A stretch of 64,000 bases of DNA from the NCBI GenBank assembly GCA_041661965.1, contig JBAZTH010000003.1, positions 5,107 to 69,106 on the forward strand. Reading direction: 5' to 3'. The DNA is from Candidatus Margulisiibacteriota bacterium (GTDB taxonomy: Bacteria > Margulisbacteria > WOR-1 > O2-12-FULL-45-9 > XYB2-FULL-48-7). Of the stretch, positions 19,432 to 28,273 are shown piece after piece; the first letter of the stretch is position 1; each line of letters opens with the position of its first letter. The translations under genes and the position numbers were made by a program. The notes below the pieces were generated by a model, which saw only the letters and a program-made list of their open reading frames with translations, did not search any database and had not been told where the DNA came from.

Positions 19432-19668
19432 ATGTTCGAATGGGTCGTCGATATCGTCCAATTTACCAATACCAGCCCGTTTTTTAAGGGGTTTGGCGCG
19501 TTAATTGTCGGGGTTGCGGCCTTGCTTTTTGCTTGGTGGATGAGGAAAAGATGGCAGGAACCATTGGCGGGGGGCTTTAAAGTCTTCATTGGCCTGGCAG
19601 TTTTTATTGTCCTATACGGATTGTTTATCCTGGTTTTTCAGCCTCATTGGTGGAATCCGCCATACTGA
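19432..19668 (+). CDS. Small two-TM membrane protein
   Basis: 78 aa; two hydrophobic helices; plausible RBS. Confidence 0.35.
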   Translation: MFEWVVDIVQFTNTSPFFKGFGALIVGVAALLFAWWMRKRWQEPLAGGFKVFIGLAVFIVLYGLFILVFQPHWWNPPY

Positions 19669-19738
19669 AATAATGTCAAATGACCAACCTGCCTGCCGGC
19701 GCCGAGCGAGTCCGCCGCAGGCGGACGAGTCGAGGCGT

Positions 19739-19809
19739 TGGGGGATCGTCTAACGGTAGGACTGCAGCCTCTGGAGCTGCGTATCGGGGTTCGAATCCCT
19801 GTCCCCCAG
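19739..19809 (+). tRNA. tRNA-Gln (anticodon CTG)
   Basis: Hand-folded cloverleaf: acceptor TGGGGGA/TCCCCCA with U1:A72 and G73 as in tRNA-Gln; anticodon stem GCAGC/GCTGC with loop CTCTGGA; T-arm GGTTCGAATCC; CCA not encoded. Confidence 0.8.
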
Positions 19810-20177
19810 TCCTTCGACTCGGTCGCTTCGCTTCCTCGCTCAGGACAAGTTCCTCTTTCGAGTCGAAGGATGTCGAGCGAACGAAGTGAGTCGAGACTTC
19901 TAGATTACTTTATTAAATAAATCGGCTCTACTCCAACAACAGGGGCCAGCACCCAATTTAAGCACATAGTGCTTTGACTCTCAATCTGTAATTTTTAAAG
20001 TTTCTGAAGCCGAAGGCTCTTCGTCCGATCTTATTAGTAAATGTTGGTGTCATGGTCGAACTGCATTCTTTGCACTTGACCATTCCAGGGAATAGGAAAT
20101 GTTTAGCCGGATGCCATTTTGGGACCAATTTCCGTTTGTGAAGCGCTTGATCTGCTCAAATTGTTTGCCACTGATTA

Positions 20178-21083
20178 TTGGTTCATGAATACCCTGATAA
20201 ATCTGACCATTATGCTATACTTTCTGGCATGAATAATATTTTAGCAAAGGCAAAAATAATGTTTTTAAGGGTCGGGTTCTTCTTTGTTTTATTTGTTTAT
20301 TATTTGTTTTTACTGATGATGATTGAGTGTGTCATTTGGTTGTTTTTGGTAAATATATATCCAGCGTCAGCTTGCAATGCTGGCATGGGGAAGGCGACCT
20401 TGTGGGGCCTTATCCTCGCCTTAACTACGGTGGCGTATACTTTTCGAAGCATGTTAATAGCCCCTCCTTTTAGCAAGCAAAGCCTCTTGTTAAGTGCTTT
20501 AATATTGCTTCGAGCAACAGGGATATTTATTTTAATTTCTGGTTTGATTACCATTTTGCTGGTTAATTTAGAGAATGGCAAAGCTAACGTTAGAGAATAT
20601 TATAAGCAACAGACAATCAACTCAAACGTAGCAGAGGGTGTTGTTGGCAACTATGGATTTGATAAAGCAGAGAAAGTTCATGCAAATCTTATAACTGGTG
20701 CATCTGAAGGGAATATTGAGCAAATTAAGTATGCGCTACAAAACGGCGCAAATGTTAATGATGTGGTGGGGCCGGGCTTGTCAGCTTTGTATTATGCGGC
20801 TAGTAACGGCAAATTAAATGTAGTAATGTCCCTGATCAAACATGGAGCTGATATGGAATATCATAATGGTCCAGCCCAACGCACTGCATTGCATGAGGCT
20901 TCGTTGCGAGGGCATTATGATATAGTCAATTATTTGTTGAAAAATGGAGCAAATGTTAACTCAAGAAATAAATTTGATAGAACTCCTCTTTATTATGTGA
21001 CGAGTCCTCCCCCACCATTAAAATTACCTGAAAACCATCAGGAAATCGCAAAATTATTAAAACGCTTTGGCGGAATCATCTGA
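20178..21083 (+). CDS. Membrane protein with C-terminal ankyrin repeats
   Basis: N-terminal hydrophobic helices followed by 3 or more ANK repeats (NGANVNDVV...ALYYAASNGKLNVVMSLIKHGAD...TALHEASLRGHYDIVNYLLKNGANVN). AT-rich gene; start codon uncertain. Confidence 0.6.
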   Translation: MVHEYPDKSDHYAILSGMNNILAKAKIMFLRVGFFFVLFVYYLFLLMMIECVIWLFLVNIYPASACNAGMGKATLWGLILALTTVAYTFRSMLIAPPFSKQSLLLSALILLRATGIFILISGLITILLVNLENGKANVREYYKQQTINSNVAEGVVGNYGFDKAEKVHANLITGASEGNIEQIKYALQNGANVNDVVGPGLSALYYAASNGKLNVVMSLIKHGADMEYHNGPAQRTALHEASLRGHYDIVNYLLKNGANVNSRNKFDRTPLYYVTSPPPPLKLPENHQEIAKLLKRFGGII

Positions 21084-21235
21084 TACATAAAATAATATAC
21101 TGATAGTACCAAGCCACAGGGAATCTTCGGTGTTGATGCGGGCTCATTTAGGGTTGGATGGCGGTGATAGAATAGCGATGAAACATTCCAAGAATATAAA
21201 GAATATTTAGGCAAGTAAAATAAATCAAAGAAAAG

Positions 21236-21577
21236 GTGGTGGAATATATGGGTTTCGACAAACAAATTAAAATATTTATAACGCAAAATGAGGCGTCATG
21301 TCTTATTAATCACGCATTAAAAGTCAATGCTTATAATTGTTGCCGGGGGGTTGATGAAAGCAACTTGAAGAGCATTTACAATAAAATAAGCGGTCAGGGT
21401 GAATATGAATTTAATTCACTAGAGTTAATTATTATGAGAATAATATTAAATTGTTATGATGCTTACTGCAATGATGAAATGAGTGCAAATAGGGAGACTG
21501 GTGGTGAATATCCCGTTAAAGAATTAAAAAGCACTGCAAAATCTCTTAATGATAAAATTAAACAATTGTTGGGGTAA
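21236..21577 (+). CDS. Hypothetical 113-aa protein (AT-rich islet)
   Basis: ORF with AT-rich codon usage like the neighbouring ankyrin gene; no recognisable motif. Confidence 0.3.
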   Translation: MVEYMGFDKQIKIFITQNEASCLINHALKVNAYNCCRGVDESNLKSIYNKISGQGEYEFNSLELIIMRIILNCYDAYCNDEMSANRETGGEYPVKELKSTAKSLNDKIKQLLG

Positions 21578-21593
21578 ATGTAAAAGCAGCTTT

Positions 21594-22316
21594 TTATTTG
21601 CTTTGCTCAAATTTGCGGCATAATTCGCTAAACCCGGCCGCTAGGGCGGGGGCTCTGGCCGCTTCATCATCATCGTGCTTAAAAAAGACGAACACTTTTT
21701 CCCACTTCTGGGTGCCGACCTTTTTTACCCATTGCGCCAGCTGGCGGTCTGTATAGTCCGTCCGGCGCAGGCGCAGGTAACCCCAGGTCGCGGTGCTGAT
21801 GAGCTCTGTGACCGGTTTTTCATCGGTATCCTCGAGGCAGAGGGAGAAATTTCTTTTCCTTAGCAGATCATAAGTCTCTTTATTGAGCCAGGTCGTGCTT
21901 CGGAAATCGAAGGCGCAGGCTATTTTGGGGGGGATATGGCCGATAAATTTCTCGAGTAAAGGGATGTCCTGGCGAAAGCTCGCCGGGAACTGGAAAAGGA
22001 CGGGGCCCAGCTTCTTGCCCAGGACCGAGACGATCGTGAAAAAATATCTGGCTTCTTTGCTGACGTTTTGCAGCCGTTTAATATGGGTGATCATTTGGGG
22101 TGCTTTAACGGCGAAGATAAATCCGGCCGGGACCTGGTCGGCCCAAGCCTCCACCACGTTGATTGTCGGCATCCGGTAAAAAGTGTTGTTTATTTCGACG
22201 GTCATCAGCCGGCTGGCGTAAAAAGAGAGCCTTTTCCCCGCTGAAATCTTTTCCGGATAAAAATTCCCTTGCCACTCCTTGTAGCCGTAGCCGCTGGTGC
22301 CGATATAATAATTCAT
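21594..22316 (-). CDS. DUF72 (YecE-like) family protein
   Basis: N-terminal YIGTSGYGYKEW...FYP signature of DUF72; 240 aa. Confidence 0.7.
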   Translation of the reverse strand: MNYYIGTSGYGYKEWQGNFYPEKISAGKRLSFYASRLMTVEINNTFYRMPTINVVEAWADQVPAGFIFAVKAPQMITHIKRLQNVSKEARYFFTIVSVLGKKLGPVLFQFPASFRQDIPLLEKFIGHIPPKIACAFDFRSTTWLNKETYDLLRKRNFSLCLEDTDEKPVTELISTATWGYLRLRRTDYTDRQLAQWVKKVGTQKWEKVFVFFKHDDDEAARAPALAAGFSELCRKFEQSK

Positions 22317-23848
22317 GGCGACTGCCTCCGCCCGGCTCTTTCGCGGATTGCCTCGGCTGGAGATTTATCTTCGCGGAACCTCACAAATTTCGGCTGCCGC
22401 ATCACGCCGTCTTTTGTCCATTCCGTAAAAGCGACTTCGCAAACAAGCTCCGGCTTTACCCAGGTGACGGTTTCACTCTCGGGCGGGAGGGCGCTAAGCG
22501 GACAGTTCTTCCGAACCAGGGGCCGAAGCCGGTCGTAGATCATTTTGATATTTTGCCCGCCAAACCCGCCGCCTGAATGGCCGACATAAATAAGTTTTTT
22601 GTTTTCGAACGCGCCCAAGACCAGGCTGCCGAAATATCCCCTTGAGCCGCGGGGCCGGGTGAAGCCGACAATAACGCAATCTTGCGTCGGTTGGTACTTT
22701 ATCTTCAGCCACAGTTTGCTTCTGACGCCCGCTTGGTACCGGCTCTTCGCATGTTTGGCGACGATTCCCTCCAGGCCTTGTTTTTTCACCGCCTTGAAAA
22801 AAGAGACGCCGTCCTTTTTTACGTGCTCGGCATACCTGACGCGCGCGTCGTCAGGCAGGACCTGTTTAAGGAGTTCTTTCCTTTTTCGGAGCTCCAAACC
22901 GGTCAGGTCGCGGTTTTGGTAAAACAGGATATCAAATACGTAATAGATCAAACGGCCGGGAACCCGGCGCCGATAATCCTGAAGCAGCTGAAAAACCGGT
23001 TTGCCGGTCTTATCGACGGCGACCACCTCGCCGTCCAGCACGGCGTTAAATTTGAGCTTTTTCAGGGATTCCACGATCCCGGGAAATTTGTCCGCGAGCG
23101 AGCGCTGGTTGCGCGAGTAGAGCAAGACGTTGTTAGGGCTGATCTCGGCGATCGCCCGGTACCCGTCCCATTTGACCTCGAAGATCCAGTCGTCGTTGTC
23201 GAACGGCTTGCCGGCGGCAGTCGCCAGCATTGGCCGGACTTTGTGCGGCCTTGCGCCGGGCTGGGCAGGTGTTTTACCCGCCGGTTCCTCAATGGGCTGG
23301 TGGGAAAGCACGGACCGGTCGCGCTTCAGAATGTCGGCGGTAGATGCGTACCGGTCTTTTTTCTTTATCAATAGCCAGGAGTTTTTGTCCCAGCGCGTCT
23401 TGATCAGCGCGAATTCCCCTTTTAGTTTTTCCCCCGCCAAGATGAATTTTAGATCGCCTTTCTTTAAGCCTTGCAGCAGGAGGGCTTCGCTTTTTTTCTT
23501 GTCCAAGGAAGAGAGCGGGCTGTAAAATCCCCGGTCCCAGAGCAGAACTTTACCGGCGCCGTAATTACCTTCGGGTATGACCCCCTCGAAATCTTTATAA
23601 TCAAGAGGGTGGTCCTCGACCATGACAGCCAGCCGTTTTACGGCCGGATCAAGGGAGGGCCCTTTGGGAACGGCAAAGCTTTTCAGCACCCCCTGCATTT
23701 CCAGCCGGAGGTCGTAATGAAGGCGTCTAGCGGCATGCTTGTGCACGACAAAAATCGGGTATTCTCTCTTGTCTTTGCTGTCGAACCCCCCCGGAGGTTC
23801 CGGGGTTTTATTGAAATGCCTCTTTTTTTTATATTTACTTAAGGTCAT
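22313..23848 (-). CDS. ligD: ATP-dependent DNA ligase LigD: 3'-phosphoesterase domain plus ligase domain
   Basis: N-terminal PE domain (HYDLRLE...VPKGPS); ligase motif I EVKWDGYR, plus motifs III-V; 511 aa. Confidence 0.8.
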   Translation of the reverse strand: MTLSKYKKKRHFNKTPEPPGGFDSKDKREYPIFVVHKHAARRLHYDLRLEMQGVLKSFAVPKGPSLDPAVKRLAVMVEDHPLDYKDFEGVIPEGNYGAGKVLLWDRGFYSPLSSLDKKKSEALLLQGLKKGDLKFILAGEKLKGEFALIKTRWDKNSWLLIKKKDRYASTADILKRDRSVLSHQPIEEPAGKTPAQPGARPHKVRPMLATAAGKPFDNDDWIFEVKWDGYRAIAEISPNNVLLYSRNQRSLADKFPGIVESLKKLKFNAVLDGEVVAVDKTGKPVFQLLQDYRRRVPGRLIYYVFDILFYQNRDLTGLELRKRKELLKQVLPDDARVRYAEHVKKDGVSFFKAVKKQGLEGIVAKHAKSRYQAGVRSKLWLKIKYQPTQDCVIVGFTRPRGSRGYFGSLVLGAFENKKLIYVGHSGGGFGGQNIKMIYDRLRPLVRKNCPLSALPPESETVTWVKPELVCEVAFTEWTKDGVMRQPKFVRFREDKSPAEAIRERAGRRQSP

Positions 23849-24750
23849 ACATTAGGCAGCCTTTGTTTTTTGGTTAAGACTTCCCGGAAAAGGTCCCCGT
23901 CTTTTCCCACTCTTTTAACGGCTTCAGCCGCCAGGACCTGGAACTTATCCGGTTTTTTCAGTTTTAATAATTTCTCGAGCTCCGGCCATTTAAGCGGGCA
24001 AGAAACATACGGTTTTTCCTCGGCGCGCAGGGAATAAGCGCAGACCATCGTCTTGGAGGCGTCATTTTGCGACCAGTTGATAAAAACCTTGTTCCGGCGA
24101 TATTTTTTGTCCATCCTGGCGGTGACCAGATCGGGATATTTATTCTGCATCGTTTCCGCTACCGCCCGGGAAAAGCTCTTGGTATTTTCGAAGCTCGTCC
24201 CTTTTGAATTCAGCGGGACAAACACGTGCAGGCCTTTTCTGCCTGAAGTTTTTACCCAGCTTAAGAGGTGCTGGCGGGCCAGCAGCTCTTTTAGAATAAG
24301 CGCTACTCTGGCGCAGTCCAAGATGTCCGCGCCGTCGCCGGGATCAAGGTCGAAAACCACGGCGTCGGGGGTGCGGTAAGAAGCGGCCCTGGCCAAAGGG
24401 ACATGAAGTTCGATCGACGCGAGATTTTCCAGCCAGATGAGAGTTTCCAGATTATTGGCCAAACAATAAGCTATTTTCTTGTCTTTGCCGTACGGGAGCG
24501 CCGCTGTTTTCACCCAGTTGGGGCGGTGCGCGGGACACCGTTTTTCAAAAAAATATTCCTGGTCGACTCCCTGCGGATAACGTTTTAGGGTCAAGGCCCG
24601 ATCCTTAAGGTGCGGGAGAATGAAACGGGCGACGCGGCTGTAGTATTCAAGAATACGCACTTTAGTAAAACCATAGGCAGGGTAGAGGATTTTTTCGGGG
24701 TTGGACAGGGACAACTCCCGATCATTGATGCTTATGTTTTTTTTGTTCAT
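23845..24750 (-). CDS. LigD polymerase/primase (Pol) domain protein, encoded as a separate gene
   Basis: LigD-Pol-like sequence (VVFDLDPG, GRKGLHVFVPL); 301 aa. Confidence 0.75.
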   Translation of the reverse strand: MNKKNISINDRELSLSNPEKILYPAYGFTKVRILEYYSRVARFILPHLKDRALTLKRYPQGVDQEYFFEKRCPAHRPNWVKTAALPYGKDKKIAYCLANNLETLIWLENLASIELHVPLARAASYRTPDAVVFDLDPGDGADILDCARVALILKELLARQHLLSWVKTSGRKGLHVFVPLNSKGTSFENTKSFSRAVAETMQNKYPDLVTARMDKKYRRNKVFINWSQNDASKTMVCAYSLRAEEKPYVSCPLKWPELEKLLKLKKPDKFQVLAAEAVKRVGKDGDLFREVLTKKQRLPNV

Positions 24751-25552
24751 CGGCTTTTCTCATCTTGCGCATGCTTTCCTGCAGGGCGGCCATGAGATCG
24801 GCCATCCCTTCCTCCGCCTCTTCGTCTTCGATCTCCGGGGCTTCGACCGCCGCTTTTTTCCCTATTTTCTTTTTTATGAGATCAAGAAAAGCCTGCCGGC
24901 GCCGGTCCGAATATTTTTCCGGGGCGAAATCAGCCGTCATCTCCTTAATGATTTTTTTGAGGCGATCTTTTTCTTTTTCCGTGAATCCGGCCTTTTTCCG
25001 GTCCTTGCCGGGAATTATTTCATCGCTGTAATGCAGAGTATTCAGTTCCAGGGCGCCGTCCCTGTTCTTGATTAGGGCCAAGTATCCCCGCTCGTCGAGC
25101 ACGAATTTCGCGATCCCGGCCTTATTGGTCTTTTGCAGGGCCAGGGCGAGAAGCCGATAGGCTTTTTCCCCGCCTTTTAAAGGAACGAGATAATACGGGC
25201 GTTCGTAATAAATGGGGGCGACCTCATTAAGGTCGATGAATTCAGATATTTCAATGGTGCGGCTCCGCTCGGGTGAGACCGATTCCAATTCCTCGTCGGA
25301 GATCATGATGTGCCGGCCGGGCGCTATTTCATAACCCTTGGTAATTTCCTCGGGAGGGACAATGGCTTCATCTTCGGGGCAGAACATTTTCCGCTCCAGA
25401 GGAGAATAGTCCTTGTCATGCAGCAGGCGGAAGGCGATCAGCCCGGGGGCCAACGCCCGGACCAGTCGTACGGGGATCGCTACCAGGCTGAAGCTGATTG
25501 TCCCGCTCCAGATCCCCTGCGGAGCTGTTTTTGGGGGTGAAGTCTTTTTCAT
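24722..25552 (-). CDS. ku: Ku protein (NHEJ), copy 1
   Basis: Ku core beginning IWSGTISFSLVAIPVRL; lysine-rich C-terminal tail; 276 aa. Confidence 0.8.
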   Translation of the reverse strand: MKKTSPPKTAPQGIWSGTISFSLVAIPVRLVRALAPGLIAFRLLHDKDYSPLERKMFCPEDEAIVPPEEITKGYEIAPGRHIMISDEELESVSPERSRTIEISEFIDLNEVAPIYYERPYYLVPLKGGEKAYRLLALALQKTNKAGIAKFVLDERGYLALIKNRDGALELNTLHYSDEIIPGKDRKKAGFTEKEKDRLKKIIKEMTADFAPEKYSDRRRQAFLDLIKKKIGKKAAVEAPEIEDEEAEEGMADLMAALQESMRKMRKADEQKKHKHQ

Positions 25553-26322
25553 CAGGCGGCCGCTTTCTGCAGGCTTTCTTCCAGTACCTCAAGCAGCTTG
25601 CTGGGAACGGTGGCTGTAAGGTGTTTGGGCTTGGAAAGCCTGATCTTTTCACCGCGCGCTTTTTTCCCTATCAGAGCGCGCAATTTTTTCTGATGCTCAT
25701 CGGTATATTTTTCGGGCTGAAAAGGGACGGTCAGCTTTCCGATCAATTCGCCGGCAATGTTCAGCTCTTTTTCGGATATGGAAAACGACTCCAAGCCCAG
25801 GGATTTTGCCCGGATTATCTCATCCGCGAACCTTAAGACGATCAAATTGAGCGATTTACCGTCCGACCGCAAGGCGCCGAGGTGTGCTCGCTTTCTCATC
25901 GTCCAGGTGCAAAGGCCTTGGCGGCCCGTTTCCTTCAGCGCCGCCGCCAGCAGGCCATAGACTTTGCCGGGAGCCGCCGGTTCAAGGCGATAAGTCTGTC
26001 CCATGAAAACCGGATCGATCGCATCGGTCTTGACAAATTCGTGGACCGCAATCGTCCGGCTTGGTTTGGGTTCCGTTTGTGCAAGTTCTTCAGGGGAGAT
26101 CGGGATATAGCTTCTTTCACCAACCCGAAAACCTTTTAACTGCTGGTCTGATGAAACCGGCGTTTTTTCGTAGGCGCAGATCATCTGCTGACGGAGTTTT
26201 ATCCCGTCGGTTTTGTGGAAGAGATGGAGCTGTATTCGGTTCTGGCTAACCGCGGTAAGCAGTTTGACCGGCACATTCGTGGTTTTAAAATGTATGTTCC
26301 CAATCCATAAAGTTTGTGCCAT
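25552..26322 (-). CDS. ku: Ku protein (NHEJ), copy 2 (tandem paralogue)
   Basis: LWIGNIHFKTTNVPVKL Ku core; about 256 aa counted from MAQTLW; adjacent to copy 1 with a 1-nt overlap. Confidence 0.75.
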   Translation of the reverse strand: MAQTLWIGNIHFKTTNVPVKLLTAVSQNRIQLHLFHKTDGIKLRQQMICAYEKTPVSSDQQLKGFRVGERSYIPISPEELAQTEPKPSRTIAVHEFVKTDAIDPVFMGQTYRLEPAAPGKVYGLLAAALKETGRQGLCTWTMRKRAHLGALRSDGKSLNLIVLRFADEIIRAKSLGLESFSISEKELNIAGELIGKLTVPFQPEKYTDEHQKKLRALIGKKARGEKIRLSKPKHLTATVPSKLLEVLEESLQKAAA

Positions 26323-26455
26323 AAATAACCTCTTATGAATACAGGCGATTATATCATAGGTCAAATAGCGGAGGTAGAGCGATATTTGATCTAGCTTGGG
26401 CGCAGGACGAATTGCCTAAGTCGGGAAATTTTGCTAAAATAGATTAATATTCGAT

Positions 26456-26532
<77 letters not shown>

Positions 26533-26683
26533 TTTCCCAATTTTGCTTGGCAAAATTGGGAAACTCTAAAATCCAAACACTAAACCTCAAAATAATCCTT
26601 TACCCCTTGCATTCTGCCATGGACTTTACTAGAATACTGTCCCCTCCGGCAGAGGGGATCAACAAAGGGGGTGAGGGCGAGAC

Positions 26684-26809
26684 ATGAAACCTGTTCATAA
26701 ATGTTATTTGGGGGGTGGTTGCGATGCCGGATACCTTCTTTATTTCGACAGCGTTTATGATCTCGTATCTCCTTCAGGACCAGGATTATTTGAAAGATCT
26801 TTTGTCTAA
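26684..26809 (+). CDS. Possible 41-aa Cys-containing small ORF (MKPVHKCYLGGGCDAGYLLYFDSVYDLVSPSGPGLFERSFV)
   Basis: Hand-translated; G-rich RBS (GGGGGTGAGGG) 6 nt upstream; bracketed by inverted repeats CTCCGGCAGAGG (26645-26656) and CCTCTGCCGGAG (26866-26877). Confidence 0.2.
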   Translation: MKPVHKCYLGGGCDAGYLLYFDSVYDLVSPSGPGLFERSFV

Positions 26810-26905
26810 TTTTTTGAAAGATATTTAATATCTTATTTTAATAAAAGATTGATCCTCTGCCGGAGGCAAGGTCCTCTGATCGTCTGCCAGGTGAGGCGTT
26901 TTCCG

Positions 26906-28270
26906 TTAGTTTCCCCGCAGCATTTTATCGAGTTCATCCGGCGAGGCGTTGGTCACCTCAAAAAGCAGTCGTCCCAAACCTTCATTTTTGATCTCTTCGC
27001 GATTATTCCAGACCCAGGCGCCGAAATTGAGGTAATGGCGGCTCTTTCCCATGTATTCCATTAGCTCGATAAAAGAAGAGACTTTCGATCGTGTTCCATC
27101 GGCAGATTCTTTTTTAAGGAGAGTTTGAATTTCCGGATTACCGATAGATTCGAACATTCTGGCTAGCCTCTCCCGGCCGTGCCGTTCAAAGACCCCTTTG
27201 ATCCGGTCATAATTTTGGACCAACGCATTCTTTAGCCAATCGGGATAAGGGTCCTGCTTTTCAACTTCCATATTTTGTTCCACAAATTGGTCCCGTTCAT
27301 AATCGGTGTAGCCGCCTTCTTCGGTGACCGTGTACGAGCGATAAAGTTTAACCCCCATCTCTTCCAGCCGGGCGACCCGCCGGTCATATTCCTCCTGGAT
27401 AATGGCGCCGTTTTCATCGTACAAGTGCGGCGTCGACAGGGGGAGGGGGAGAGTTTCGCTTGGGAGCTCTTCAACCAAACGAATGCCCATGTTCCCTTCC
27501 CGGACATTGGGGCGGGAGGCGAATTGCATGTCCGGAACGTTAAGATAGCAAGTTATATTTAAATCTGGCTTGTCCATGTAAGGGGTTACTGTCCAGGTGA
27601 CTCGGTCGCCAGTCAGCTGTTCTCTGGCCTGTTGCCATTCCTCTTCAGTTTGAACCAGGAACTTCCTGCCGGTCAGCTCGCTTAGCCGTTTGGCAAATTC
27701 CATGGCGTCGTCCAAACTCACATAAGTGACGGTTTTCCCTTCATTGGCCGGATCAGAAAGGAATTCCCTCAATTTGTCAGCGTTGTGTCCTTTGATTTTA
27801 TAACCGGCCATTACCTGCTTAAACAGAGTAACCGCGACTTCCCCCCTCATGATTTTTCTTTTGCCTGAAAGGGTGAGCATTTCGGGAAGTTCCAAGGCAG
27901 TCTGTTGGACGGCGGCTGGGAACATCTTTTGGATCCCGGCCAGGTTTTCTTTGTCGCCCAGAATGAATAAATGCTCCTCATTTGTCAGAAAGGCCGACAG
28001 CTCCAGGGAAACGAAGATCGTTTCGGCGGTTTCGCCGCCGGCCGCCCTTGTTTCGAGCGAAGGCTGCATGCCCAGCAGCCTGATTTTGGCGATCCGGTCG
28101 AGATGGATGCCATTGAGTTCGATCCTCTGTCGTTGGCAGAGCGCGGTGAGGCAGGGGCCAAGCCGCTCCTTGCCGATCGCAAAAGAAGAGATATCGACAA
28201 CTCCCCGCAAAGCCGGCAGGGCTCTTTGGGACAAGTGAATTATTGATTTATTGGTTACCGGCGTGATCAT
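26906..28270 (-). CDS. Paralogue A (454 aa) of a five-member family: conserved N-terminal domain, degenerate FGE-sulfatase (SUMF1-like) motif region, unique C-terminus
   Basis: N-terminus MITPVTNKSIIHLSQRALPALRGVVDISSFAIGKERLGPCL shared with paralogues B-E. Central LPEM...GEVAVTLFKQVMAGY and TVTYVSLDDAMEFAKRLSELTGRKF..TEEEW resemble the FGE/SUMF1 signature (KYEVT..F..F...GY ; VSWxDAxAYCxWLSxxTGKxYRLPTEAEWE). Confidence 0.6.
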   Translation of the reverse strand: MITPVTNKSIIHLSQRALPALRGVVDISSFAIGKERLGPCLTALCQRQRIELNGIHLDRIAKIRLLGMQPSLETRAAGGETAETIFVSLELSAFLTNEEHLFILGDKENLAGIQKMFPAAVQQTALELPEMLTLSGKRKIMRGEVAVTLFKQVMAGYKIKGHNADKLREFLSDPANEGKTVTYVSLDDAMEFAKRLSELTGRKFLVQTEEEWQQAREQLTGDRVTWTVTPYMDKPDLNITCYLNVPDMQFASRPNVREGNMGIRLVEELPSETLPLPLSTPHLYDENGAIIQEEYDRRVARLEEMGVKLYRSYTVTEEGGYTDYERDQFVEQNMEVEKQDPYPDWLKNALVQNYDRIKGVFERHGRERLARMFESIGNPEIQTLLKKESADGTRSKVSSFIELMEYMGKSRHYLNFGAWVWNNREEIKNEGLGRLLFEVTNASPDELDKMLRGN

Positions 28271-28273
28271 AGT

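Noticed and set aside
19680-19920. Two overlapping plus-strand ORFs (69 and 60 aa)
   Set aside because: They run straight through tRNA-Gln and its flanking hairpins, and are not protein-coding.
19890-20177. Looked for integrase or att-site remnants beside tRNA-Gln
   Set aside because: No recombinase-like ORF and no obvious duplicated tRNA 3' segment could be found by eye. The islet interpretation rests on composition only.
22682-23374. 230-aa plus-strand ORF
   Set aside because: Antisense within ligD.
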